From Flavobacteriales bacterium (GTDB taxonomy: Bacteria; Bacteroidota; Bacteroidia; Flavobacteriales_D; Crocinitomicaceae), in contig CANGIC010000001.1 of the NCBI GenBank assembly GCA_947453795.1, positions 1 through 47,992 on the forward strand: 47,992 bases of DNA. Direction: 5' to 3'. The notes below the pieces were generated by a model, which was given only the letters and a program-made list of their open reading frames with translations, ran no database searches and was not told the origin of the DNA. Shown here one piece after another: positions 17,951 through 28,552 of this stretch. The translations under genes were made by a program, and so were the position numbers. The stretch's first letter is position 1. Every line of letters begins with the position of its first letter.

Positions 17951-18730
17951 ATGACAGATCCTCGACTAATTGCCTTCGAACGCCTATTAAACATCATGGA
18001 TGACCTTCGTGAAAAATGCCCTTGGGACCAAAAACAAACATTGGAATCATTGCGCCATTTAACCATTGAAGAAACCTATGAATTGGCTGATGCCATAACG
18101 GCCAATGACTTGCCCGCCTTGAAAGGTGAAATTGGCGACCTCTTTTTACACCTGGTTTTCTACTGTAAAATTGGTCAAGAACAGCAGGCCTTCGATGTGG
18201 AAAGTGTGCTGAATGCCATCTGTGACAAGTTGGTGTACCGCCATCCACACATTTACGGAGATGCCGTTGCAGAAACCGAGGAAGAAGTCAAAGCCAATTG
18301 GGAACGATTAAAGCTCAAAGAAGGACGGAAATCAGTCCTTGAAGGGGTCCCCTCCTCCCTTCCCGCCATGGTAAAAGCCGCACGAATTCAGGAGAAAGTA
18401 AAAGGAATTGGTTTCGACTGGGACAATCCCGAAGATGTGTGGAACAAAGTGCAAGAAGAGTTAGGAGAATTCCGTGAAGAAGAGCTAAAAGGTTCGGAAA
18501 ACCAGGTAGAAGAATTTGGTGATTTACTGTTTTCTCTGATCAATTATGCCCGATTTATTGACATTAATCCTGAAAATGCGCTCGCATTAACCAACCAAAA
18601 GTTCATCAACCGTTTTCAACTGATGGAAGAAATGACAGCTAGCGAAGGAAAAGCACTTGCCGACATGACGTTAGCAGAGATGGATGTGTATTGGGAAAAG
18701 GCAAAAATTATCTTGCGAAAAAACAACTAA
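17951..18730 (+). CDS. mazG: Nucleoside triphosphate pyrophosphohydrolase MazG
   Basis: 259 aa with tandem MazG domains carrying the motifs EETYELADAI and EEFGDLLFSL. Confidence 0.9.
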   Translation: MTDPRLIAFERLLNIMDDLREKCPWDQKQTLESLRHLTIEETYELADAITANDLPALKGEIGDLFLHLVFYCKIGQEQQAFDVESVLNAICDKLVYRHPHIYGDAVAETEEEVKANWERLKLKEGRKSVLEGVPSSLPAMVKAARIQEKVKGIGFDWDNPEDVWNKVQEELGEFREEELKGSENQVEEFGDLLFSLINYARFIDINPENALALTNQKFINRFQLMEEMTASEGKALADMTLAEMDVYWEKAKIILRKNN

Positions 18731-18815
18731 GAATACCGTAAGGTTTCATAGAAAAATAATACACCATAGCACAATAAAATGTATCTTCGAAACCTTTAAA
18801 AGAACTCAACGCGCT

Positions 18816-21158
18816 ATGAAGCACTTGCTGATTGTATTTTCATTCCTATTTATCAATGGTTTAGCATTTAGCCAAGATTACACGATTCGTGGTTTTATCT
18901 CGGATAAAAAAAATGGTGAACCTATTGCCTATGAAAAAGTACGCTTGCTGCGTAGTTCTGACAGTTCAACCGTAACTGGTGCAGTTACCGACCTGAATGG
19001 TATTTTCTCCATTCCAAAAATTGACAAGGGTTCTTACATTTTAAAGATTGACAATTTCAATTATGGCGTTTTCACCCAAGCCATTGAAATAAAGGACAGC
19101 AAAGGAATTCTTGACCTAAAGATTGCCTTAGAGAAGGCGGAAAATGTAAAAGAATTTGATGAAGTCAATGCCAGTGCAGACAGCAAACGCAAGAAAAATG
19201 AGGTGCAGATCTCCAAGTTGCAGTTTGACGCCAAGGGCTTAGAGCGCGTACCAAGCGTTGGTGCTGAAAATGATGTGGTAGGGGCATTCAGTGTGACACC
19301 AGGTGTTGTAACTACGGGTGACCAAGGTGGACAGCTTTATGTTCGCGGAGGTACACCTATCCAAAACAAAGTGCTTTTGGACGGAATGACGATTTATAAC
19401 CCTTTCCACTCCATCGGTTTCTTCTCCATTTTTGAAACGGAGCTGGTAAAAAATGTAGATGTATACACTGGAGGATTCGACGCGAAATATGGCGGAAGAA
19501 TTTCATCCGTGATGGACATTACCTACCGCGATGGAAACAGAAAAGAATTTGGTGGTAAAATATCAGCTTCTCCTTTCTTGGGTAAAGTTGTATTTGAAGG
19601 TCCTCTCGGAAAGCGTAAAGATGGAAATCCAAGCAATGCATCATTTATCTTTTCGGGAAAACATTCCTTATTGGACTACACCTCAAAAACACTCTATCCC
19701 GGCGTAAATCAAGGACGTGGATTGCCTTTCAACTTTACAGACCTTTACAGTAAAATTACGTTTCAAGGGGATGGAGGATCAAAGTTCAGTGCCTTTGGTT
19801 TTCACAATCAGGACAGCGTAAACTATGGGATTGCCGATTTGAGCTGGAAAGCTTCAGGAGGAGGAATCAATTTCTTGATGGTTCCAAGCAGTTCACCTGT
19901 TTTTATAAAAGGTCACGTGAATGGAAGCAATTACGAGACGACTTTTAACGAAAGCAATGTTCAACCGCGAACGAGTAAAATTGGTGGTTTCGATATTGGT
20001 TTTGACTTTACCTACTTCCTTCGTAAAGAAAGTGAATTGAATTATGGGTTGAATCTGAATGGCTTCAACACCTCATTCACCACCTACAACGAGGCGAAAC
20101 GCGAAATCAAGGCCGACAATTTCACCACAGAAATTGGGATGTACACCAACATGCGCCTGGTGCGTGGTCGTTGGGTCATTCAGCCAAGTGTACGTGTTCA
20201 AGTCTATGCCTCACTCGGGACAATATCTCCAGAGCCACGCATCGGATTGAAATACAACGCGACAGAAAAGTTGCGCTTCAAATTCTCAGGAGGTCGTTTC
20301 TCACAAAACTTTACATCGGCGTCTTCCGACAAAGATGTGGTTAACCTATTCAATGGTTTACTTTCGGCACCACAAAATGTGCAGACGCAATTCGTGAATG
20401 AATTCCAACAAGTAAAAAATGTGAAGAACGGAATTCAGTACTCATGGCATGCAATTTTTGGTTTTGAATACGACATCAGCAAATATTTATCTGCCAATGT
20501 GGAAGGATATTTCAAGTATTTCTCCCAGTTGAGCAACATTAATCAAAACAAATTGTACGAAGACATCGCTCAGTTTGCGAACATTGACGATGTGTACAAG
20601 AAAGACTTCATCATTGAAGATGGTATTTCTTATGGATTGGATGTCTTGATTAAATACAGCCGTGAACGTCTGTTCTTGTGGGGTGTTTACTCGTATGGAC
20701 ACTCAACACGCTGGGATGGTTTTGCGCAATACTATCCTGTATTTGACCGTCGTCACAACATCAACCTTGTTGGTACATATCTCTTCGGAAAGAAGAAAAC
20801 ATTGGAATTGAGTATCCGTTGGAACCTTGGTTCTGGACTTCCTTTCACACCTACGGCAGGTTTCTATCAAAACGACAACTTCTCGAATGGCGTAACCACC
20901 GATTATACCACAAGTAACCCATCTACAGTATCTACACTACTAGGCGGATTTAACAGTCAACGACTGCCTTACTACCACCGATTAGACATCACCGTAAAGA
21001 AGAACTTCAAGTTTAAAAATGAGGATGTATTGGAAATCATTGGAAGTATCACCAACGTGTATGACCGTCACAATGTATTCTATGTGAACCGTGTTACTGG
21101 AGAATCAATTTATCAATTCCCTATTCTACCAAGTATGGGAATTAGTTACAAGTTCTAA
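18816..21158 (+). CDS. TonB-dependent outer-membrane receptor with an N-terminal carboxypeptidase-regulatory-like domain
   Basis: The signal peptide MKHLLIVFSFLFINGLAFSQ starts at the ATG at 18816. A CarbopepD_reg-like segment follows (IRGFISDKKNGEPI), then plug-like motifs (GGTPIQNKVLLDGMTIYNP) and a terminal aromatic residue (SYKF). Confidence 0.8.
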   Translation: MKHLLIVFSFLFINGLAFSQDYTIRGFISDKKNGEPIAYEKVRLLRSSDSSTVTGAVTDLNGIFSIPKIDKGSYILKIDNFNYGVFTQAIEIKDSKGILDLKIALEKAENVKEFDEVNASADSKRKKNEVQISKLQFDAKGLERVPSVGAENDVVGAFSVTPGVVTTGDQGGQLYVRGGTPIQNKVLLDGMTIYNPFHSIGFFSIFETELVKNVDVYTGGFDAKYGGRISSVMDITYRDGNRKEFGGKISASPFLGKVVFEGPLGKRKDGNPSNASFIFSGKHSLLDYTSKTLYPGVNQGRGLPFNFTDLYSKITFQGDGGSKFSAFGFHNQDSVNYGIADLSWKASGGGINFLMVPSSSPVFIKGHVNGSNYETTFNESNVQPRTSKIGGFDIGFDFTYFLRKESELNYGLNLNGFNTSFTTYNEAKREIKADNFTTEIGMYTNMRLVRGRWVIQPSVRVQVYASLGTISPEPRIGLKYNATEKLRFKFSGGRFSQNFTSASSDKDVVNLFNGLLSAPQNVQTQFVNEFQQVKNVKNGIQYSWHAIFGFEYDISKYLSANVEGYFKYFSQLSNINQNKLYEDIAQFANIDDVYKKDFIIEDGISYGLDVLIKYSRERLFLWGVYSYGHSTRWDGFAQYYPVFDRRHNINLVGTYLFGKKKTLELSIRWNLGSGLPFTPTAGFYQNDNFSNGVTTDYTTSNPSTVSTLLGGFNSQRLPYYHRLDITVKKNFKFKNEDVLEIIGSITNVYDRHNVFYVNRVTGESIYQFPILPSMGISYKF

Positions 21159-21172
21159 TTGATGTAGTGAAC

Positions 21173-21200
21173 GAATCGGTTTGTTACCGATTTACTTTTT
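21173..21200 (+). terminator. Stem-loop plus T-rich tail after the receptor gene
   Basis: aatcggt (21174-21180) pairs with accgatt (21186-21192) around a 5-nt loop, followed by tacttttt. The 3' arm overlaps the stop codon of the convergent M61 gene. Confidence 0.6.
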
Positions 21201-22895
21201 CCACGCTTCAAATGCCTTCTTCTGGGAACCGATAGGTTGATCCTGCAACTTCACCGTATAGTCTGAATAGAAATTGCGTTGCACTTCAGGTAGTCGCAAA
21301 GTGATGTGCTTTCCGGCGCGATGAACGACAAGGTTTTTTTCCGCATCTGTGAAATAGGACAGCCATTTGTCCAAGTCCGCATTCACTTTATACCCATTGA
21401 CTGAAATCACCTCGTCATCGACCATGAGGCCACCCAAACAAGCTGGACTTCCGGGATAAATAGCCGTAACCTTTGCTGTGGATTTCACAGACTTAAAGCC
21501 AAGTTTCCCTGCTGAATATGAGGTGGAAGGTACATGTTCCATCTCCAAACCTAAGTATTCAAAGCAATCCACAAGAATCGATTCATAAGGACGCGTGCCA
21601 TGAATATAGTCCTTGAAGAGATCGTCGAATGAAATTCCTGAAATGTTTTCAAGCATTTCTTTGTAATCTGACGCACTTACCCCCTTTCCCGCTAATGCAA
21701 AATCGTAATACAAGCGTTTCATGACTTCATCCAGGCCGTAGTGATTTTTTGTCGCGCGAAGTATTCTGACATCCGTCACAAAAGCGAGCAAGCAACCTTC
21801 CGTATAAATAGATACTTTTCGGCCTGGTGCACCCGGCACATAGCCATCCAACCATGTGTCGAATGAAGACTCCGCCACGGAATAATTGAACCGTCCAAAG
21901 TTGTCAAAATGCTTCTGCAACTGATTGCTCAACTCCTTCAGGTATTGCTTCAAGGTAAACACCCCACTTTTCAAGAGGAATAAATCACCCATATAGGTCG
22001 TGACACCTTCGCAGATATATCCCAGTTGCGAGTAATTTTCTTTCGTGAAATCATAGGGTTTCATTTCTATGGGACGAATGGCCTTCACGTTCCAGGTGTG
22101 ATACAATTCGTGTGAAGAAACACCTAGCAGTTCCTTGTATTCCTCTCCAAACACATCGTAAGACGGTCCAAGAGCGATAACTGTAGATTTGCAATGCTCG
22201 ACGCCATGATAGGCCTTGTACGGAAGGATTTGAAATAAAAAGTGGTATTCAGAAACTGGAAACTCTCCAAATTTTTCGATTTGAGCTTTGGTAAACGCCG
22301 TGAAGTCCGTTTTTAATCGGTCCCACTCTGGTTTTGACTCGCCATTGAACCACAAATGAAACAAGGTATCTGCAACTGAGTATTCCTCGTGCTGCAATTG
22401 CGCGGAGCAAATGAATGGAGAATCTGCCAGCTCGTCGAAGTGATCTGCCATGAGCGTAGTCCCATTTTTCGCCATTGACGTGGCAATTTCCCAAGATTTA
22501 GGGATGTTTAACTTCAGTTCTACGGGCTCCGCATATTGCTCCTTGGTAAAAAGGAAACAATTGACTGGATTTACATAGAGTTGTTCTTCAGATAGAAAGC
22601 TTGAACCTGCATTGAGTTCCGCTGCATAATACCGATAGTCAACGCGAATTTCTTTACAACCCTCCATGGCTACTTGCCAACAATCCTTGGAGATTTTAGC
22701 GACGGCCAACCGCTTTTTCGTTTCTACATCAAACACGCGAACATCCTTCACATTCTTCGCGAAATTTCCCAACTCATAGCGTCCCGGTCTCCAACTTGGC
22801 AAGTAAAAATCCAAGCTATCGGAATCTGACTGAAAAAACGCCGTGATTTGAATATACTGCTGATGGGGCTGATCGATGGAGATGGTGTATTTCAT
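21192..22895 (-). CDS. M61 family metallopeptidase (glycyl aminopeptidase-like) with a C-terminal PDZ domain
   Basis: 567 aa with the HExxH motif in SSHELYHTWN and a PDZ-like segment, GSPACLGGLMVDDEVISVNG. Confidence 0.8.
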   Translation of the reverse strand: MKYTISIDQPHQQYIQITAFFQSDSDSLDFYLPSWRPGRYELGNFAKNVKDVRVFDVETKKRLAVAKISKDCWQVAMEGCKEIRVDYRYYAAELNAGSSFLSEEQLYVNPVNCFLFTKEQYAEPVELKLNIPKSWEIATSMAKNGTTLMADHFDELADSPFICSAQLQHEEYSVADTLFHLWFNGESKPEWDRLKTDFTAFTKAQIEKFGEFPVSEYHFLFQILPYKAYHGVEHCKSTVIALGPSYDVFGEEYKELLGVSSHELYHTWNVKAIRPIEMKPYDFTKENYSQLGYICEGVTTYMGDLFLLKSGVFTLKQYLKELSNQLQKHFDNFGRFNYSVAESSFDTWLDGYVPGAPGRKVSIYTEGCLLAFVTDVRILRATKNHYGLDEVMKRLYYDFALAGKGVSASDYKEMLENISGISFDDLFKDYIHGTRPYESILVDCFEYLGLEMEHVPSTSYSAGKLGFKSVKSTAKVTAIYPGSPACLGGLMVDDEVISVNGYKVNADLDKWLSYFTDAEKNLVVHRAGKHITLRLPEVQRNFYSDYTVKLQDQPIGSQKKAFEAWKK

Positions 22896-23063
22896 GTTTT
22901 AAAATTAAAAATGAATTGAAAATATGATCACTTCGTGAATTTGTTCCTTTCAGGAATTTGATGCCTGCGGCAATGGGAGTTAAAATGAAGGCCTTTAAAC
23001 TTTGTTGGCTGAAGTTCGCTAGCAGTCTCGAAGCCAAGAATTAAAAATAAGAGATGAATCTGA

Positions 23064-23179
23064 GTCTTAAAATCTTGATATCTTAACATCTTAAAGTCTT
23101 TTGTCCTCTGTCTTTTGTCCTCTGTCTTTTGTCTTTTGTCCTCTGTCCTTTGTCTTTTATCCTTTGTCCTTTGTCCTTA
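23064..23179. repeat. Compound microsatellite: 4 x 8-nt (RTCTTRAN) followed by 12 x 7-nt (GTCYTYT)
   Basis: Read directly from the sequence. The octamers gtcttaaa, atcttgat, atcttaac and atcttaaa occupy 23064-23095. Twelve heptads occupy 23096-23179, and the last one contains the TAA stop (23177-23179) of the 756-aa gene. Positions 23096-23179 are 71/84 pyrimidine on the plus strand. Confidence 0.9.
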
Positions 23180-25447
23180 ATTCACTATTCTTTGAGCGGT
23201 AAAAAGCACCATAAACTCCTCATTCGTTGCTGGCAAATCGTAATCAAGTCGAATCCATTTTCCACGTGTGGTGTAAGCGTGTATAACCTTTGTGGGGTCC
23301 GTTGTCGCATAAAACCGAACTAGGTATTTCCCTCTCGTGGCTGTTTTTATTTTCAGTCCTTCTTTACGTAAATCGACAGTTTTTAACGCGTCGTAGCCCG
23401 GATCTGAGAGTTCTAGCTCTTTTTCAAAACAATCCGTCAACGAATAGACGGAATAGGTTTTATTGGTAATCACACCTATTGACGTATCTCCCGTCATGGA
23501 GCGCAGGTACATGACATCGGCATTTTTGAAGGCGCCTGCTTGAGGTTCACCATCCATGGCATTGTACGCCGAAGCATCATAGGACCAAGATCCATCATTG
23601 TTCAATTGTGACGCTCCCGGATGCCAATTCCCTTTATGCAGTGGATAAGTCGCTAGGAATTGATGCAAGAAGGCATAATCCACAAGGATTTTCGGCGTTC
23701 GTTGTGCCTCCCAGCTCATTGCACCTGCCAAGCCGGAAAATGCACTTTGCCAGATGGCACGTCTTACTTCTGTACCATTGGTATCGCAAATCGTTTGCAT
23801 GGGATCAGTTTCCGCATACATCAACGGTTTCACATTGTATCGGCAGGAGTCACCTAAACTGCGGCAGGAATACGAATCAATGTGTTTCTCTTGAATAAAT
23901 GCGCAATCCTCATTGAGGTACACATTCGACACCCCATAAACACGAGGTCCACCCTTTCCATTGGAGGTATTGCTTCCAGTGAAAAATGTAGCGAAATTAG
24001 GAGCGCTAATGTCGTAATTATTAAAACTCATCATGTCGAATGATGGATCTTCATACGTTGAATCCTCTACTGCCTTGTCCCCCGAGTAACTCCCCGTGAG
24101 CACATGTACCTGACCATAATATTGGCTTTTGATATAGCCCGCCATTTCAATCATCCATTCGCGATAAACGGGCCAGTTTGACTCATAAAATTTGTCGCTT
24201 TCATTGCCGTAGTTGATGTTTGAAATATTGGAAATTTCGCTCAATATTTCAAAGACACTGATGCGGGTAGAATAGCCCCATCGCGCTAGAATGTAGCGAA
24301 TACGTTGCTTGTAGTACTTTTTTGCTTCTGTATTTTTCAAGAAATCAAGCGGTTCAACCAAGCCAAAGGCAGCTTTGTACCCGAAGGCATTGATGCCATC
24401 TTCTGGTGTCGTTGGGTCATCGATCCAATCCCATTGATTGACCCCATAGGCGTTAAATTTGAAGGTCAGGTGAATTGCCATGTTCCATTGCAAATACAGG
24501 CCTAGTTCTTCCGAATGCTCAAGGATTCGGTCCATTTCCTGCGCTTGATGCAAACGCGAGGTATAATTCCCAACATTTTCCCATTCGATTTCATTGCTTG
24601 CTGGAAACTGAATAATCCTGGCCGTTTTCACCCCATTTCTTGAGACTTTGGTCATGTAGTCCAAAAACTTTTCATAGACACGGGGCACGCTGAAATTGGG
24701 ACGGTAATTCTCAGAGGCAGGTCCCATCAATTGAGCAAACTCGGGGTCCATGTAAGGATTTGTTTCAGGCCATTTGATGTTTGGACCAATAGCAGGAAAA
24801 AATGAATCTCCCAACTCCAAGAAGCGTTGGTTTTGAGTGACATGCACATATCCGGGATCATTGGATGGCACAACATTAAATTCAAAAGGTGCACTTTTCT
24901 CTTTGACCCCATCTTTTGTTTCGAGGTAAAAAACGGCCCTCCATGCACCACTTTCAGGCGGCGCGAAACGGACTAAGAATGAATTTTGTGTTGGTACTTC
25001 AATCCAACCGCCAAGCTTTTTATATTCCTCATCCAGGTAAAGGTCATTTTTCGGCCCTGGTTTCAAGGGATTCTTCATCCACGATTTGAACTCGGCGTTG
25101 TAGAAGCCATCGATTACGATTTTCTTGCCCGTAGCAACGTGTTCGAATTCACCATAAAAGCGCATTTCCCACTCCAAGTAGGGATTCAAGATTCCTGACT
25201 GATTCGCCGTTTCCTCGCGCTGTGTGGACATGCTTACAAATTGACTCACTTTGTCCTCGATTTCTTTTGGGAAATGAAGGGCGAACTCCGTTTTGGTATA
25301 ACACGGAATAGCTGAAAAATCAATCGGTTCGACGACATTTACCTTGACATTATCAAGTTCAACACCAGTAATTCCTGTATTTGGTCGAATTTGCGCTCCT
25401 GCGGCAAAAACGTTTACCAGTACAATGCTCCAAAGTAGTTTAGTCAT
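23177..25447 (-). CDS. Large secreted protein of unknown function, possibly a DUF5060-plus-TIM-barrel glycoside-hydrolase-like protein
   Basis: 756 aa with the signal peptide MTKLLWSIVLVNVFAAGAQ. The N-terminal beta-sandwich-like region and a central segment rich in aromatic and acidic motifs (FEILSEISN, WNMAIH) are reminiscent of GH5-like enzymes. I did not see a T9SS C-terminal domain. Confidence 0.35.
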   Translation of the reverse strand: MTKLLWSIVLVNVFAAGAQIRPNTGITGVELDNVKVNVVEPIDFSAIPCYTKTEFALHFPKEIEDKVSQFVSMSTQREETANQSGILNPYLEWEMRFYGEFEHVATGKKIVIDGFYNAEFKSWMKNPLKPGPKNDLYLDEEYKKLGGWIEVPTQNSFLVRFAPPESGAWRAVFYLETKDGVKEKSAPFEFNVVPSNDPGYVHVTQNQRFLELGDSFFPAIGPNIKWPETNPYMDPEFAQLMGPASENYRPNFSVPRVYEKFLDYMTKVSRNGVKTARIIQFPASNEIEWENVGNYTSRLHQAQEMDRILEHSEELGLYLQWNMAIHLTFKFNAYGVNQWDWIDDPTTPEDGINAFGYKAAFGLVEPLDFLKNTEAKKYYKQRIRYILARWGYSTRISVFEILSEISNISNINYGNESDKFYESNWPVYREWMIEMAGYIKSQYYGQVHVLTGSYSGDKAVEDSTYEDPSFDMMSFNNYDISAPNFATFFTGSNTSNGKGGPRVYGVSNVYLNEDCAFIQEKHIDSYSCRSLGDSCRYNVKPLMYAETDPMQTICDTNGTEVRRAIWQSAFSGLAGAMSWEAQRTPKILVDYAFLHQFLATYPLHKGNWHPGASQLNNDGSWSYDASAYNAMDGEPQAGAFKNADVMYLRSMTGDTSIGVITNKTYSVYSLTDCFEKELELSDPGYDALKTVDLRKEGLKIKTATRGKYLVRFYATTDPTKVIHAYTTRGKWIRLDYDLPATNEEFMVLFTAQRIVN

Positions 25448-25487
25448 GATTCGCTAATTTTGGTCGATTAGGCGTTTTCGATATACT

Positions 25488-26350
25488 TTATTTTGGGATA
25501 CAAAATACGTTGTCATGTGCAGGCAAGGCCTCCTGACTTTTGATTTCCACCAATTTTGAACGACGTTCTTTGGTACCTTTTAACCGGAAAAAACGATAAT
25601 CACCCAGGGCACGAATTTGATTTAATGCACCGATTGATGCCTCTGAAACCGCGGATGAAACTTCGATAATCACAATCGGTCGACAGCGCAACAAGGTATT
25701 CCTCGCCCCTTCCAGGACCATAGGTTCGTATCCTTCCACATCTATTTTCACCATAGAAATAGGTGCTTCGCTTGGGTACACATCATCCAATTTTTTTACG
25801 GGAATCTGAGTACCATCACTACCATCATTCACCACCAAAGAAGCTCCTCCCCTGTTCACTTGGGGGTTCTCGTAGATTGTCGCTATCCCATTCTCTGCGC
25901 CGAGGGCAAATCCATGAATGGTGATGTTTCTGCAGGCATTGATGTCGATATTTTCTTGCAAGATGGCCGCTGTTTTAGGCAGTGCCTCGAAGGCATGCAC
26001 ATGACCTTCGTTCCCCACACATTTCGCAGCATAGATGGACATTAGACCAATATTTGCTCCGATATCCACAAAAACATCTCCAGGTTGAAGGTAGTCCTGC
26101 ATAAAACCCAACACCCCTTTTTCATAGGTTCCTGTTTCATGCAAGCTGCGCTCGACCCCGTTGTCAATGGAGGGATCAATGCGCAAGGAAAGGCCGTGAA
26201 TCGTTTCCAAAATGTAGGGACCTTTGGCTTTCGGAATCAACAATTTTGGAAGTAAGGACGATAACAAGCGAATACCTCGCACATCGATGTCTCGCACAAA
26301 ACTGATTAGTTTATGGCGAAATGAATAGTTCTTTACACGCAGGGCTTTCA

Positions 26351-26351
<1 letters not shown>
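25488..26351 (-). CDS. FkbM-family SAM-dependent methyltransferase
   Basis: 287 aa with the motifs VFVDIGANIGLMS and VKIDVEGYEPMVLEGA. Its ATG shares one base with the upstream ABC-F TGA, giving TGATG. Confidence 0.8.
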
Positions 26352-27976
<1,625 letters not shown>

Positions 27977-28017
27977 CTATTGCTTTAATTGAAAGTTCTT
28001 GAATATTTCGTGTTTGG

Positions 28018-28548
28018 CTAGTGAAGCCATTTTAGGTTTCGTGAGTACATAAAAATGAAGAGTCCTGAAACCAAAAGATTTAGGATAACGACAATGCTTG
28101 GGATATCCGATGGAGTTACAAACAAATACACTTGCATCGCTGAAATTAGCGAATAGGCGATGTACACATGAAAACCGATTTTTCTTCCCATCCACATTAA
28201 AATGGCTGCAGAGAGCCCCGCCATTAGCACGACCAAAGCCACCGATGTTGAAGCATAAAACTGGGCATTTAAACCATCCAACATCCGTTCTAACTTTTCA
28301 ATCATCACCGCCATGCTTTCCATGTTTAATTCGCGCAATTGATCGATGGACTTTGCCAATTCCAACTTTTGATCCTCCATCTGCTCAGCACTCATTGGAC
28401 CACCAAAGAGCTTCGGGAATCCTGATAGAATATCCATTCCCGTAGAAATAAACGTCAAAATACAAAGCACCGTAAGAAATTGCGGTCTTTTCGGTTGAAA
28501 GGGTGTTCCTTCATCAATGAAGTTCTTGTTCAATTCGTGTTCTTCCAT
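28018..28548 (-). CDS. Hypothetical integral membrane protein
   Basis: 176 aa with one N-terminal and about three C-terminal hydrophobic helices separated by a charged helical segment. It starts 4 nt after the hutH stop. Confidence 0.55.
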   Translation of the reverse strand: MEEHELNKNFIDEGTPFQPKRPQFLTVLCILTFISTGMDILSGFPKLFGGPMSAEQMEDQKLELAKSIDQLRELNMESMAVMIEKLERMLDGLNAQFYASTSVALVVLMAGLSAAILMWMGRKIGFHVYIAYSLISAMQVYLFVTPSDIPSIVVILNLLVSGLFIFMYSRNLKWLH

Positions 28549-28552
28549 GATC

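Noticed and set aside
18684-18815. A 44-codon N-terminal extension of the TonB-dependent receptor ORF, overlapping the mazG 3' end
   Set aside because: A textbook signal peptide begins at the ATG at 18816. The extension is basic junk sequence that overlaps mazG.
23129-23323. 64-aa plus-strand ORF (MSFVLCPLSFILCPLS...)
   Set aside because: It is a translation of the GTCYTYT heptad tract that then runs antisense into the 756-aa gene. It is low-complexity and has no independent support.
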